This document shows positions 1 to 12,320 of a stretch of DNA of 64,000 nt, piece by piece. The notes under the pieces were generated by a model, which was given only the letters and a program-made list of their open reading frames with translations, was not told the origin of the DNA and did no database searches. The stretch comes from Felis catus (lineage: Eukaryota), in the NCBI RefSeq assembly GCF_018350175.1, contig NC_058372.1, forward strand, positions 75,020,001 to 75,084,000, in the 5' to 3' direction. The position numbers and the translations under genes are program-made. The stretch's first letter is position 1, and each line of letters opens with the position of its first letter.

Positions 1-539
1 TAATTCTCTTTAAAGATCATCCCCATTCGCTGCTTTAACTTCCTGTCACAAAAAGGAGCAAAACTTGTCCCTCACGGTGTAAACAAGAGAAGAATTATGA
101 GTGGATGCCACAAGACCAACATTTATGCTTCCAAGAAAGCTATAATAAGGGTCAGAACGCACCCCACGTGGACACAGTTACCCTGTCATGCCCTCAGAGC
201 ATGACTATTGGTGGGGAGGAAACCCCTCTGCACCATCCCCAAATACAGAGCTGCATCAGCTCTTTCCACACTGGAAGACATCTTATTTCTGGCAGAGGCT
301 ATAAGCAGTAGGAGCAACGTGTAATGTGTTGCTTGGCACAGACTGAGAATCAAAAAATCATAAACACTTGATTTTCCCTGTCCAAAAACATTCATCTCAA
401 TATTATTAAAAAGAATTAAAGTGAGGCCCAACACAAAGAGGTATCACCGTTCTCTCTCTCTTTTTTTTTTTTTTTTTAGGCGGTTTAAGACTCTCACACA
501 CTGCTTAATTTTTTACTTAACCCTTCTATAAGGCAAAAC

Positions 540-1090
540 TGGACATGGAACCTGTCATCTTTGACTCTTTCACTTTCCTTAACAACACATCATTATAATC
601 TTCTTCATTTCTTTTACTCTATCCATTCTTTCCAGTTTCCCTATACACACCACATGCCAACCCTTTAGACCTGCTTCTGGTCTTCTGAGATAGTTTTTTT
701 AAGCGGATTTCCATCACTCCAATCCTCTCTGCATTCGACAAGACCAACGTTCCTAAAACATCTCTTTGAGCTGATGGTTCTCTTGTTCTAAACAACCTCA
801 ATGGCCTATCACCTACACATAAAATCCAGTCATTTTTATTTTACACTCAAGGCCCACCTAATGAATTCCTGTCTCTGTGCTTACATCTCTTTTTCTCTAT
901 AGAATTTTTTGTCTTTAATATCTTACTCTATTTATTGTGTTTATTGCTTATCGACTATCTTACTAGTCACATCAAATATAAACTCTACAAGGAAAGCATT
1001 TTCATCTGCTGGGTTCACAGACATACCCCTAAGCATCTGGAATAGTACCTGGTGTACCCTAGACCTATCCATTAAGTATTCGTTGTGAAC
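540..1090 (+). mobile_element. L2 LINE 3' fragment(s)
   Basis: Typical L2 3' end (aaactctacaaggaaagcattttcatctgc...aatagtacctgg...attaagtattcgttgtgaa); highly decayed. Confidence 0.65.
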
Positions 1091-1189
1091 CCAGAATGCA
1101 CTCTGCCTTGATCTCAACTGCCTTATTCTAGCCTTCTTTCATATCCCATACTTACCACTGATTTTTTTTTTCTTGTGTCTTTTATTTGG

Positions 1190-2400
1190 GTTCTTCCTGT
1201 ATTAGGCCTATAAAAGTTCATCAAAATTAGATGAAGCCTCTCAGGTGTAAGTTGACTACTTAGTTAACCACTATTTTTATTACCTCTAGTGTTCCTCTAA
1301 ATAAACTAGTCATATTTATAGAGCTCCTAATAAAATTTGCCATTTAGTTTTTAAAAAGTTACTGGCCACAGAGGTATTTAACAACAGGGGGTAGAGTGTA
1401 ATGAGTTCCACATAATTTAAATATTAAAGTATCTCTTTTTTTCAAAGCACTGACAAAGCTTTGTGCTTAAATTGTGGCTAATAGGTCTTTAGAGAGTAAT
1501 TCCGCAAATACATTATGTAAATTTAGGGCACAATTTGGGCCCAGGCCATTAAATGGGGATAAGAATGCTCTTATACTTTACTTTTATATTGTCTTTAGGT
1601 AGCCTCCTTGAATTTCCGGTGCAATATATTAGAGCCTAAACATCCTTTAGGACAATGATTACAAACATTTGGATTAATGGAATGATGATTCAACGGCCGA
1701 CACTAAATTTACCAACTCTAATTTCAATTAGTAAAGCTTAATCAAACTTTTCTTTAGTGCTGTTTCACATGGGGGTATGACTGAATAAGGATGAGATGAA
1801 GGCCAATTTCCACAGAGATTAGAAATAACTTGAGGCATTCTTACCAGCGTGTTTACAACTGCACACTTGGTGAATTAACAATGATGTTGTTTTTGTTGTT
1901 GTTGATGGGCATGAAAGTCTGTTTAGGCACTCCTAGTGCCTTGCTTTAATAAAAGGTATGTTCACTAGGTTTTGGCTTTCTTGGACAGTAATTCTTATGT
2001 AAACACTTAAGCCATTGATAAAGGTCAAGTTTATCAAGTTTTGATAGTGAAGAATGGATTTAACATGATTGATTTGATTGCAGTCAGCCAGATATTCTGT
2101 GCCTCATTTAAGCTAGTTGTTAACTCTTAAGCTTGCCGAGTTCATATGGGGGTTTGATGAGCTCTCGTAATATAAACAGAGTAAAGTGTTCAGTGGGATT
2201 CGTGGTAAAATATCAGTCACTTCAAGTGAGTATGGGTACTGCATGGATTTAGTTGTTTTTATTTAAACTGTGACAATGAAAGACACCATTTTAAGAAAAA
2301 AATAGCAAGTTATTCCATGCTTTTCAGGAAATCCTAATATCCTAAATGGGTCATATGTTTGTGATGAAGTTCACTTGAAATTCAGCTACAATTTAACTGT
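1190..2400. promoter_or_regulatory. Candidate conserved non-coding element/enhancer in the inferred intron 1
   Basis: About 1.2 kb with no recognisable repeat; GGATTA 1671, TGTTTAC 1850, TGTAAACA 1998, AAAGGTCA 2020, TGATTGAT 2066. Conservation is inferred, not tested. Confidence 0.45.
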
Positions 2401-2539
2401 GGTTAGAACTTCCAAATCATACCTGTATCACAACATACCAAGAACATAAATACAATTAATAATATGGTTAATAATATTCTTTCCTACATATATTTCTTTT
2501 CCTCCTACTATACTTTAAGCTCATCTTAGGCAGAGACCA

Positions 2540-3350
2540 TTATGCTTATCCATGCAGACATTTGGGGAAAGGGCATTTGAGGCAGAGAAAAGAGTTGGTG
2601 CCAATACAGTGGCTTCCCTGACTTGTTCAGAAACAGTAAGAGGCCGATGTGCCTGCAGTCCAGTGTGAGGTGGAGGGGGCAGAGGCCAGATCTTATAGGG
2701 CCTTGAAGGCCCATTCCAAAGGCTTTTAGATTTTGGGGTGAATGAAATGGAGGGTTTTTAATGTTTGTTTAGAGAAAGAAAACAAGTGTGTGTGTGGGCA
2801 AGAGACAGAAAGAGAAAGAGGGAGAGAAACCCAAGTAGGCTCCCTACTGACCATGTGGAACCCCACAAAGGACTTGATCCAATGAACCATAAGGTCATGA
2901 CCTGAGCGGAAATCAAGACCTGGATGCTTAACTGACTGAGCCACCCAGGTGCCGCTGAAATGGAGATTTTGAGCAGAGCAGTGCCATGACTAGAATCACG
3001 TTTAAAAGGATCACTCTAGCTGTTGTGTTGAGAATACACTGTTGGGGATGGGGGTAAGGATGGAAGCAGAATTAGGCAGCTATTGCAGTAATCCTGGTAA
3101 CAGATAATGGTGGCTAGGATTGGATGGTGGCAGTGGAGGTGGTGACAAGTGGTTGGATATATATGTTTTGCAGACAGGCAGAGCCAAAAGGTTTTCCCGA
3201 CTAAATAAATATGGGGTAGGAAAGAAAGAAGAGTCAAGAATGACTTTAATGACAAAAAACTGGATAGATGAAGTTGCTGTCAAATAAGATTCAGAAGACT
3301 GACATGAGATTAAACAGGTTTGTGGGCAAGATAGAGTCCAGTCTTCGATG
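2540..3350 (-). mobile_element. L2a LINE fragment interrupted by a CAN-SINE
   Basis: Classic antisense L2 text (gaggccagatcttatagggccttgaaggcc...tttaaaaggatcactctagctg...tattgcagtaatcc...gagtcaagaatgact). Confidence 0.8.
2755..2955 (-). mobile_element. CAN-SINE (older felid/feliform type)
   Basis: Reverse-complement tRNA head (gactgagccacccaggtgcc), AG-rich tract, T tail, TSD tgaaatggag. Confidence 0.9.
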
Positions 3351-3499
3351 CACTGAGTGTAAGAGCCTGAAAATGTTTTCAAACTGAAGAAATTTGCCTC
3401 CATAGTTTGTCCAACTAACAATGTTAGATTCCCCTGGTCTCCTAGGCCTCCTTCTCCTTCAAAACAAGCTCATAGCTTCAGGAGCAGAATTTCCTTTCC

Positions 3500-4080
3500 C
3501 ATCTAACCTCTCCATTTTATCCAGTTGGTTTTTCCTTGTTCAGGCCTTCATTATCACTTGACTCACTCTAGTATCTTTATCTGATCTTGATTCTCCCTAA
3601 TGAGGCTGTTTTCTACATAACCTGATGTATATTCCTAAAAAATATATCTGATGATGGTACACTCCTATTTAAAACTCTGGACTTGTTTCTCACTGCTTTA
3701 CAAAATAAGACTTATTTTATTTTTAAGTTGGCCTCTGTGGAGGCCTCTGTGATTTTTTACTACACAGTCTCACCCTACTTTTCTTTTCACTACATACTAA
3801 ATATGTCCTGGGTAGTCATGCGTCTTTGTCTTTGTCTGGCAAACTCTTATTCATCCCCCAATACCCAGCCAAACTCCAGTACTTCAGAAAAGCCTTTCCC
3901 AACAACTTTCAGGCAAAACTGGCCATTCCCTCTTATGTGTTTTCCCAATATATTCATCATAACTTCACTATTTCACTTATAATGGCTTATCATTACTGGC
4001 TTGCTTCTATATCTATCTTATGAGGCTCTCAATAGAGGGTGCTTGTCTCATCTCTGTTTTCCACAACATCTCACTAGTTT
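3500..4080 (+). mobile_element. L2 LINE fragment
   Basis: caggccttcattatcacttg...tctgatgatggtacactcctatttaaaactc...tgaggctctcaatagagggtgcttgtc pattern. Confidence 0.65.
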
Positions 4081-7000
4081 CTATGCTCTGCTTACTGAGT
4101 CCCCGAAGGAATTAAGTATTACTCACAGGGAGCAAAAGTACCTGTTCAAGATCGATCAACTTCAAGTGTGCCACCCTTCAAGGCTCAGGGTGAGGCTTAG
4201 AACATCCTCTCATTCTATCTGCAACATTAGAGATGAAGACATTTAGGGGCACCCAAAGAAAGAGAAGCTGGTAGCAGGGCCAAACAGCTTAATGACAAAG
4301 CAGCCATCGTGGTAACTGAACTGTCAATCAGCCCTTTATATTTGAATATATTGCAATCTTTAGAACGTGTCTATGAGACTACATGGCACAGCTTTCAAAT
4401 AATCATCCACTTAAACTCTAGAAATCAAAAATTCCATTTTGGCTCTCCTATCAAGTTATGAAACTATAAGAGCAAGAAAACCAACCCTAGCAGAGTATAC
4501 TATGGTCTTCAATAAACATTTGTTGAACGCAGCAACGATGAATGAACCTTAAAACATTTTGCTCACATAAAAAACGGTAAAAAAAAAAACAAAAACAAAA
4601 AACCAGTAGGTGAAAAAGTAAACACAAAACATGCACTAAAAATGGAAACTTCCAAATAACTTCAGGATAAATATTTTAACAATCTGGTAAATATTAACCT
4701 AATTTCAGTATTAACCCTTTACCCTGTTATCTAAGTTTAAAGATCAAGAGAGAGGATAGTAAAGAAAAGAACGAGGTCTTAAATTTAGAAAATTTTTGAC
4801 ATCAGTCCTCAAAAAACTATGGATATAAATATCACATGTTTGATTTCCTATTAAACTATGTCAAACATTTGTCTCCAAACCTCTTCTTTTGCTTCATGTC
4901 AGTTGCCTTACTTTTATTTTCTATCCTACACATGCTGACATTTAACTCTCCACCTTTCCTGTAGGATATAAAATTTTATCTTCAGTGATTTAGAGTAACT
5001 GTATTCATTTTTTTCCCTTTTACTTCCTTTCCGTTTGTCATCATTTACTTTATTTTCATTATATATATTAAATTTTTAAATTAATCTTAGTTTCCTCCTA
5101 CCTACTCTACCCTATCTCTGAACCATTCATTAAAATTATCTTTGCATTTGTTTGATTGCTATAAAAAATACTCTCAGGTAAGTTTTCTGAAACAGGGAAA
5201 AAGAGCCTATTAGGGTCTTCCTAATGATTATGGACATGGAACAATAACTTAATTTGACTATTTTAATTTTTTCCAGGGAATGGTTTCTAATAGTGCTGTG
5301 ATGAACAAATCTCTCCTTGAGGAATAAATAATACTGTTATTCAAGACAAATGTAACACATTTCTGAAGTACCTCTCCTTTAGCACAACTTTTTAAGAGAC
5401 CTTTGATCTCAATATCTTTATTTTGCTCTATAATCCAAAAGAGACTAGAATATATTTTGAGATCTCAAAATTAGTCAGGAAGCACATGCTGAATAAAAGT
5501 TTGCAAGTCTAAGAAAACACAATTCCGCTCAGTAACACATTACTAAAATACTCCATTCTCTATTAAAGCAATAGGTACACTGCACAAGTTGTTTTGTTTG
5601 GTTGGTTATGTCCATACTGACTAATGTGACTCCAAAAAAAGAAAGCACCAATGTTGCAAAATCCTATATGTTTTCATAGAAGTTTGGAAATAGGAATAGT
5701 GAATCTTTAGCTCAAAAGGGACAAGTCTTAGAACTTTAGCAATTTCTTTTTTTATATCTCATTCCTTAACACCCTTCAATTTTATCTTTTCAGTATGCAC
5801 TATAAAAAAATGGATATGGGTAGTATTAGTTTGATTCTCAAAAGTCCAAAAATAAATTAGTATGGGAAAGAAATTAATTTTTCTAAAAACATTCATATAA
5901 TATAAAGAAAACTATTTAAACTACAAACTATATAACTCAGCTTTATATAAGATAACCAAGATTGGATATACAGAATGGATCATACTGTGATGCAGAAATT
6001 GCTAATATTCCATCTTTTATGCATTTCAATTCCAGTATTCTTACTACTAACAATTCCTGGATTTTTAATATTAAAATTTTAATTCAAGAATGGTACTCCT
6101 GAATCAAGGCAAATGTTTGCTCTTTCCACACTTTTCACAGAAGCTTGTCAAGTTTAGCAGTTTAATTAAACAAAAAACACACAAAAATGCTTAAAAATAA
6201 AAGAGCTCATATTTATTACCTATTTAAGATTTTGACAAACTCTCAGAATTATAACTTGCCTAAAGTTATACTGTATCTGGTTTATTGGTTTATTGATAGT
6301 TACAGATTCTTAACCACAACTATATAGCTTACTGATAGCTAGAAGGATAAAATTCTTATATGTAAAATTTTAAATGATTCAATTATCCAGCTAACAGTTT
6401 TTCAAAATGTCTTCAACTAAATGAACATAGCACCCTTAACATTATTAATTATTAAGTTTTGTTACACAGTGACAAGTTTTGTTCACCTTTCTGTTAGTAT
6501 TAAAAACTAACTCCTTAAAATATATTTCACTATTAGTATATACAATATAAATCGAGATTCACCATGAAAACTGACCTTACTTTTCAACCAATTTTACTGC
6601 CAGTTCAAAATTTTTTTCCAAATATCAAAAAAGTATATATTTCCTCAAAGGCAACTCATTAATGCCTAATGCAAAACAGTCTATTTAGGGCCTCTCCCTT
6701 TCTATTCATGTCTTCAATTATAACCAGAGAGTAGTACAAAATGCTAAGGCCCAACAATAAAGGCACTCCACATATTTTAGTTTTATCACTTCCTGTATGT
6801 CTTAAACATTTCCATGGACAACTACTATTATTTTTAAGAAGCAATAACCTTCTCTTACTAAAAGACTATATTTGAAAGTTTTAATATCTAAAAAATGCTA
6901 AGTCTAAACCTATACCACCAAGTCTCAGTATATTTTAGGAGATTATTTTAATCAAACACAAGTTACACTAATATTTTTATAATTAGTACTAACATTTGTC

Positions 7001-7299
7001 AACAGAACAAAAACAAAATCATGCAAACATACAGTGAGGGTTTAACTATCCCCATTCTCTTTTCACATGTTCTCAGAATAAACTATTATCTCTCAAGTAA
7101 CGCAAGATCAGCACAGAGTAGCTAAGGCTGGTCTTCTTTTGCATATTTACTGCTGCATGCAGGACCTGAAAGGTACCCAGGAAGATAACTGTTGGGGCTC
7201 AAAAGGTTTTTGCGTCTAATAACAATAATTTGGAGAGTAATTTAAGGTCTAAGTTTGTTGTTATTCCTGTTTTTAACAAATCTATTCATTTGAGTGTTA

Positions 7300-7445
7300 C
7301 CATATCCCCAGGATGCCTTAGAAAAGAAGAGATTGGGGCCCAAAGAAATAAAGTTAATCTGGCCAAGATCATGGCCCTAAAGCAACAGAGCCTGGAATTC
7401 CACCAGGTCCTCTGATCACTAATCAGTACTCCTCCTGCTGTAGCT
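7300..7445 (-). mobile_element. MIR fragment
   Basis: gaagagattggggcccaaagaaataaagttaatctggccaagatcatgg...cagagcctggaattc resembles the antisense MIR core. Confidence 0.6.
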
Positions 7446-7809
7446 TCCATCACCTCCCGAAGTCCTGAATTAACACATATGATAAAATAAAGGCTTCAGT
7501 GTCAAGCCATCAAAAGACATAACCCATAAGGGGTGAGACGGGCTCAGGAACAGTCATTTGAACCCAACCTGTCCACCTTTTTTCCCATGAGCCAGAGGAG
7601 GGACTTTGCAGGGGTTTTGCCCATCTAGCTGATTTGCTAATAAACTGTCTTTATATCCTACCCCCTGTTTTTCCTTCCTAAAACAATCACATAGTGCTTT
7701 AACTGATTTTTCTTTGGATTATTGCTACTTGTGACACCAGACACACACACAAGCAAAAAACATGTGGCAAAGGAAATAAAACCCACTGTCTTAACAGAAT
7801 CCCTGATAA

Positions 7810-7975
7810 AGTCCTGACTTCTCCCCTCATTATCTGTGGGACCTTGGATGAGTTCCCTAACCTCTTCAGGCCTTCTTTTCCTTCTCTGTAAAGTAAGGAT
7901 AACAGTATTTACCTCACAGGAGTTTGTGAGGATAGCAGCAATCGATAGCATACATGTGCCATGCCCAATGCTCAT
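7810..7975 (+). mobile_element. MIR fragment
   Basis: tgtgggaccttggatgagttccctaacctcttcaggccttcttttccttctctgtaaagtaaggataacag...acctcacaggagtttgtgagga MIR core. Confidence 0.8.
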
Positions 7976-8349
7976 GTGTGAGACCCTCCTTCACCCCAGA
8001 GAATCCCTTTATTCATCAAAAAGTGAATAAAGAACCACCTTACATTAAAAAAGAAACCATATCCATGTAGGTACCTAAGTAACAACTCAAAGAAAACTCC
8101 TTGGTACTAAAATTCAAATATGCTTTGTATAACAAATCTAAAGGCAATTGATTAGAATCAGACCTGACGCCTGAAAGTTTAGATCTTAAATGCAAATTTT
8201 CAAACATCTGTTCCCTGTCTCACACTGGCCCTAACAGTCTCTGTTAATGCAAAACAGACAACCAGGAACAACACCCTGTGGCTATCAAACAGAGCAAGGA
8301 AGAACTACTCCCCATGGCCTAACCACACAAATCACTGAATTACTAGATT

Positions 8350-8505
8350 GTAAGTTAGTTTATTTATTTTTGGGGGTGGGGCAGAGAGAAAGGGAGAGAA
8401 TCCCAAGCAGTATCTGCACTGTCAGTGTGGAGCCTGCCTCAGGGCTTGAACTCATGAACTGTGAGATCATGACCTCAGCTGAAATCAAGAGCCACCCAGG
8501 TGCCC
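8350..8505 (-). mobile_element. CAN-SINE with internal deletion
   Basis: TSD tgaattactagat (8336-8348, 8506-8518); SINE body and head present. Confidence 0.9.
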
Positions 8506-8647
8506 TGAATTACTAGATGTTAAAGACAAGGTCACTGTCAGACGAATTCTAGGTTTGGCACCATCCAAGTTGAATGCCAATCTTGGGTTCTAGGTAAATC
8601 CAGCAAATGCTTTGCCTTACTATCTTGCATGGATAAACTGCCTAGCC

Positions 8648-8845
8648 GAGTGATGGCAAATGTGTTTCATCCTGAGTGTCAACTATGATTGATAGCAGAA
8701 ATCCAAAGTATTGTCTATGGATGCACCAGAAGGCCAAATCAAAGCTCTGAAGAAACCCGTGCCAGGATCAATCTGCACTGTCTGCCAAGGATGGAGAAAT
8801 ATGCAACGAGTCTACTGGCTGGCCACTAGTCATCCATTTCCAGAA
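8648..8845 (+). mobile_element. hAT-Charlie MITE, MER103-like
   Basis: gtgatggcaaatgtgtttcatcctgagtgtcaactatgattgat...gtctgccaagg resembles the MER103 consensus. Confidence 0.6.
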
Positions 8846-9019
8846 TCATCTGATCTCACTGAAAAAGAAAATGATAGTAGCTAGCTTATTATTAGATATT
8901 AATGACCACACTACTATAGCAGTGAAATCCCTGGAGATCTAGGTGGCATACAATAAGTGTTTTAAGATATAGGTGACAAGCTATAATCCAATTTCTTTTT
9001 CCATGGACATTATAGAGTC

Positions 9020-9335
9020 AATACTATGTGTTCACATCCCATTTCCTTCTCCTCCTGGATTCACAACTAGTCTTCATTTCCCACCTTCTCCTAGTGAGGC
9101 CACTGTGTTCTTGCCAATGGAATAGAGGCCAAATGATGTCTAGACCTGGACCTAAATCTTCCCCTGCAATACTGCCCCCAACTCGACTATCTTCCTTCCT
9201 CTGTTATATATGCATAGAATTCAGTGGTGAAATCCTAAGTGATAGAATCCCTAGAAGGAAGGTGCCATCCACAGCAGACTGTGATGTGAGCAAGAAATAA
9301 AACTCAGATCAAGCCACTAGTTCTTGGGATTCCCA
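9020..9335 (+). mobile_element. MaLR LTR (MLT1J-like)
   Basis: catttccttctcctcctgg...catttcccac...ttcttgccaatggaatagagg...gatgtgagcaagaaataaaact...aagccact. Confidence 0.7.
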
Positions 9336-9339
9336 GCAA

Positions 9340-9755
9340 GGTAGTTCTGGTTAAGACCGACAGCCATAGTATCATGCGTACTCACAGAGACAAACCATGA
9401 CCTGAGCAAAGCAAATCAGAATTCTTCCCTATGAATTTGTAAAACTCTAGGAAGAGAATTCCTTTCTCTTGGTGAGGCTGTGGTGATGTGAACCTGGGAG
9501 CTTTAGTCCACTGTGTTTCCAGACTCACTGAGAAAGTTAATTTGTGAGACTGAAGCACGTGTTCTGTCACTATTGTGTGAAATGGAGGTGAGAGAAACAG
9601 GAGGTGGAGAAAGAATCCTAAACAAGCACCAGGGAGGTCCAGTTCACCCTGCCTTTCCCTCACCTTGATTACAAGGGCCAAAATGATCCTGTCTTTGCCC
9701 AAATTAGTTTCATCTACATTCCTGTAACTCATAATCAAACTAGTCATGACTAATA
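9340..9755 (+). mobile_element. MaLR LTR (MLT1K/L-like)
   Basis: catgacctgagcaaagcaaatcagaattcttccct...gatgtgaacctgggagct...ends tagtcatgactaata. Confidence 0.6.
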
Positions 9756-9909
9756 TGGGTATAAAGTAGGAAGTAAAAATCCTTCAACACACAGATAGCA
9801 TTTTGGCAAATATTCTACCAAAATATGTATAACGAACTTATCTATCTATATCTTAAAAAATGAAAATTAGACCATACCTAATAAATTGTCTTCACATGTC
9901 AGATATACT

Positions 9910-10200
9910 TTAACAACCTCATTTTTCAAAGCTGCCCAGATCTTACTGTTTGGACACCCATCATTTTTTAATCAAGTATTTAGGTGTATTCAATTTTGTA
10001 TTCCTACATACATTGCTACAACAAACATCTTTGAATGCACACTTTTCTCTATTATGCCAACTATTTATCAGAGATAAATTTATAGCAGTCAAATTGCTGT
10101 GTCAAAGGATCTTTAAGAGTTTTGACTAATATTGCCAATTTTCTCTCCCAAATATTCGCACCAATTTGCATTCCCAACAATTGAGTGCCCAATTTATACT
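9910..10200 (-). mobile_element. Old L1 (L1ME-type) 3' fragment
   Basis: aattgctgtgtcaaagg...attgccaattttctctccc...caatttgcattcccaacaa antisense L1 text. Confidence 0.65.
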
Positions 10201-10311
10201 CTTATTTTTCCACCTGAAAAAGTAATGCTGAACTCAACTGAAGAAACACTTCTAAGTTCACAGCATTACTGCATGAATTGATTAGTACAACAATCCAAAG
10301 AAGGGCCAAAG

Positions 10312-10488
10312 NNNNNNNNNNNNNNNNNNNNNNNNNNNNNNNNNNNNNNNNNNNNNNNNNNNNNNNNNNNNNNNNNNNNNNNNNNNNNNNNNNNNNNNNN
10401 NNNNNNNNNNNNNNNNNNNNNNNNNNNNNNNNNNNNNNNNNNNNNNNNNNNNNNNNNNNNNNNNNNNNNNNNNNNNNNNNNNNNNNNN
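10312..10488. other. Assembly gap (177 N)
   Basis: Run of N. Confidence 1.
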
Positions 10489-11889
10489 GAACAAGAGAGA
10501 AAACAGACCCCTGACAGACTAATGTTACTGCAGCACACAGTTTTTCATAAAATGCAATAAAGTATAACTAAAAATTAAGTAACTCTTTTGGAACCATGAT
10601 GGGCTCCCTTGTGGGGAAAAAAGGAAGTACAAAACAACAAAGCAAAGAGGAGATGCAGGTGTTAACAGTGGGTTCTGCCTGTTGTTAGCACATCCTCAAA
10701 TCAGCTTTCCATGGAACCTTCCAAGGGTGCACTCATGCTAATTAGTGGCAGGCAAAAACCAGAATGTTAAATGTAAACTGCTTAATGAAGAGCCCAGAAA
10801 AACATGAACACGTCGCAACCCTCGTGAATTAGGGAGACAAAAATTACAAAACTTTGTGAAGCCATGGCCAAACTGAATGGTTTATTTAGGCAGATAGTGG
10901 AGGGTCTGTAAAGCATACAGTTTGAAGCTAATCAAGTTGACATTGAGATTATAGAAAGTTTTCTAAAATGACATTCCAGCTTTTAAGGAAAAATAATAAA
11001 ATATTTCCTGGTATTTTTAATACTTCTCTTAAGGAAAAGAATTACAGAAGATGATAATGTGGAAACAACTAGCTTCGGAAAGAACAGGAGAACAATAAAA
11101 TTCTTCACTTGGATATTTACTTAACCTCAATATTAATAACTTAGGTTTTTTCTTTGACAGTAACAGACTAACAAACCCAGCGAAACATGGCATAAACGTA
11201 CTTAGATATACATAATATATATGGTGATTTGGGGGGGTTACTTTTGATTTTTTTTTTGGTTTGTTTTGGACTGTTAACAGTTAAGCCTGATTATAAAATT
11301 CTATTATTTCACTGGTAATAGTTAAGGAATGTTATAAATTCTGTCATCAAAAAATAAGGTCAAACTAAAAGGCCTTTAAAGTTTGTTTAATACACAGTTT
11401 TTAAGACTTTCAACTAAGTTACACACATCTGTAACCTTTTTAGTCTTCACTGTCACCAATGGCAGAGGTAGCATTCTCTGGTATTAGCACTATGACCCAA
11501 CAACCAAGCAACAGACAAAAAGATAAAAAGAGGTCAGACTGGCAAGGCGCGTCCTAGAATGCCATTAGGGACTGCTTCGTGACTGTCCACTGTGCCAGAA
11601 GTGCCCTGGGTTTGGTTTGCATTTATGGTGAATTTGAATTCAGACTACTAAAGTGTATGTGGGTGTGTATGTATATATGTTTAAATATTTTTCCATTTCC
11701 CACGTGACTCACACAGATATTATTTCCTGGTATCAACAGAGCAATCAGAACTAGGTGAACAAAGCAATGACCCATTAGGGCACCTGCTCAAGGCAGACAG
11801 ATAGGAATTATTCAGGATTAACCCACACAGAATGTATGGTTTTTCCTCCTTGGCACTTAGCTTCCTTATCTGTGAAAATGAAGGTTCTC

Positions 11890-12320
11890 TCCAGCTTTAG
11901 AAGGCCCTCCACATCTGGTCACCATCCACAACTCAGCTCTTGCTTCTTAACATTCTTAGCCTTCTTAAATTTAGTTTTCCAGTAACCCTTAACTTATTTA
12001 AGTTCCTACAGTGTGCCCTGCTCTCTCTGAACCTCTTCTTAGAGAAGGGTGCAGCAGCTCCTATCTGTCCCTCACCTACGTAGTCCACTCATTCTTCCGG
12101 TCTGAGCTTAAACATCACTTCGGCAATGTACCTCCACTGGGGTCTTTACTTCCCCTGTTAGCACTGAATTCTTTTTGAGCCACTCATAATTATTTCTTTC
12201 ATTTTCTCCCCTAATAAGCTGCCAAGAGCTATATGTATCTTGTTCACCATGGTATCCTTGCCTCTTGGAATGATTCCTGACATTTAGTAAATACCCAATA
12301 TTTGTTAAATGAATAAATAA
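11890..12320 (+). mobile_element. L2 3' end
   Basis: aaggccctccacatctgg...aagctgccaagag...gtatcttgttcacc...aatatttgttaaatgaataaa. Confidence 0.7.

Noticed and set aside
7300-7975. Divergent MIR pairs (also 32070-32590) as structured RNA
   Set aside because: Copies are too diverged to pair stably
10266-10538. ORFs spanning N runs (also at 15.0, 15.9, 55.1 and 60.5 kb)
   Set aside because: Artefacts of untranslatable gaps
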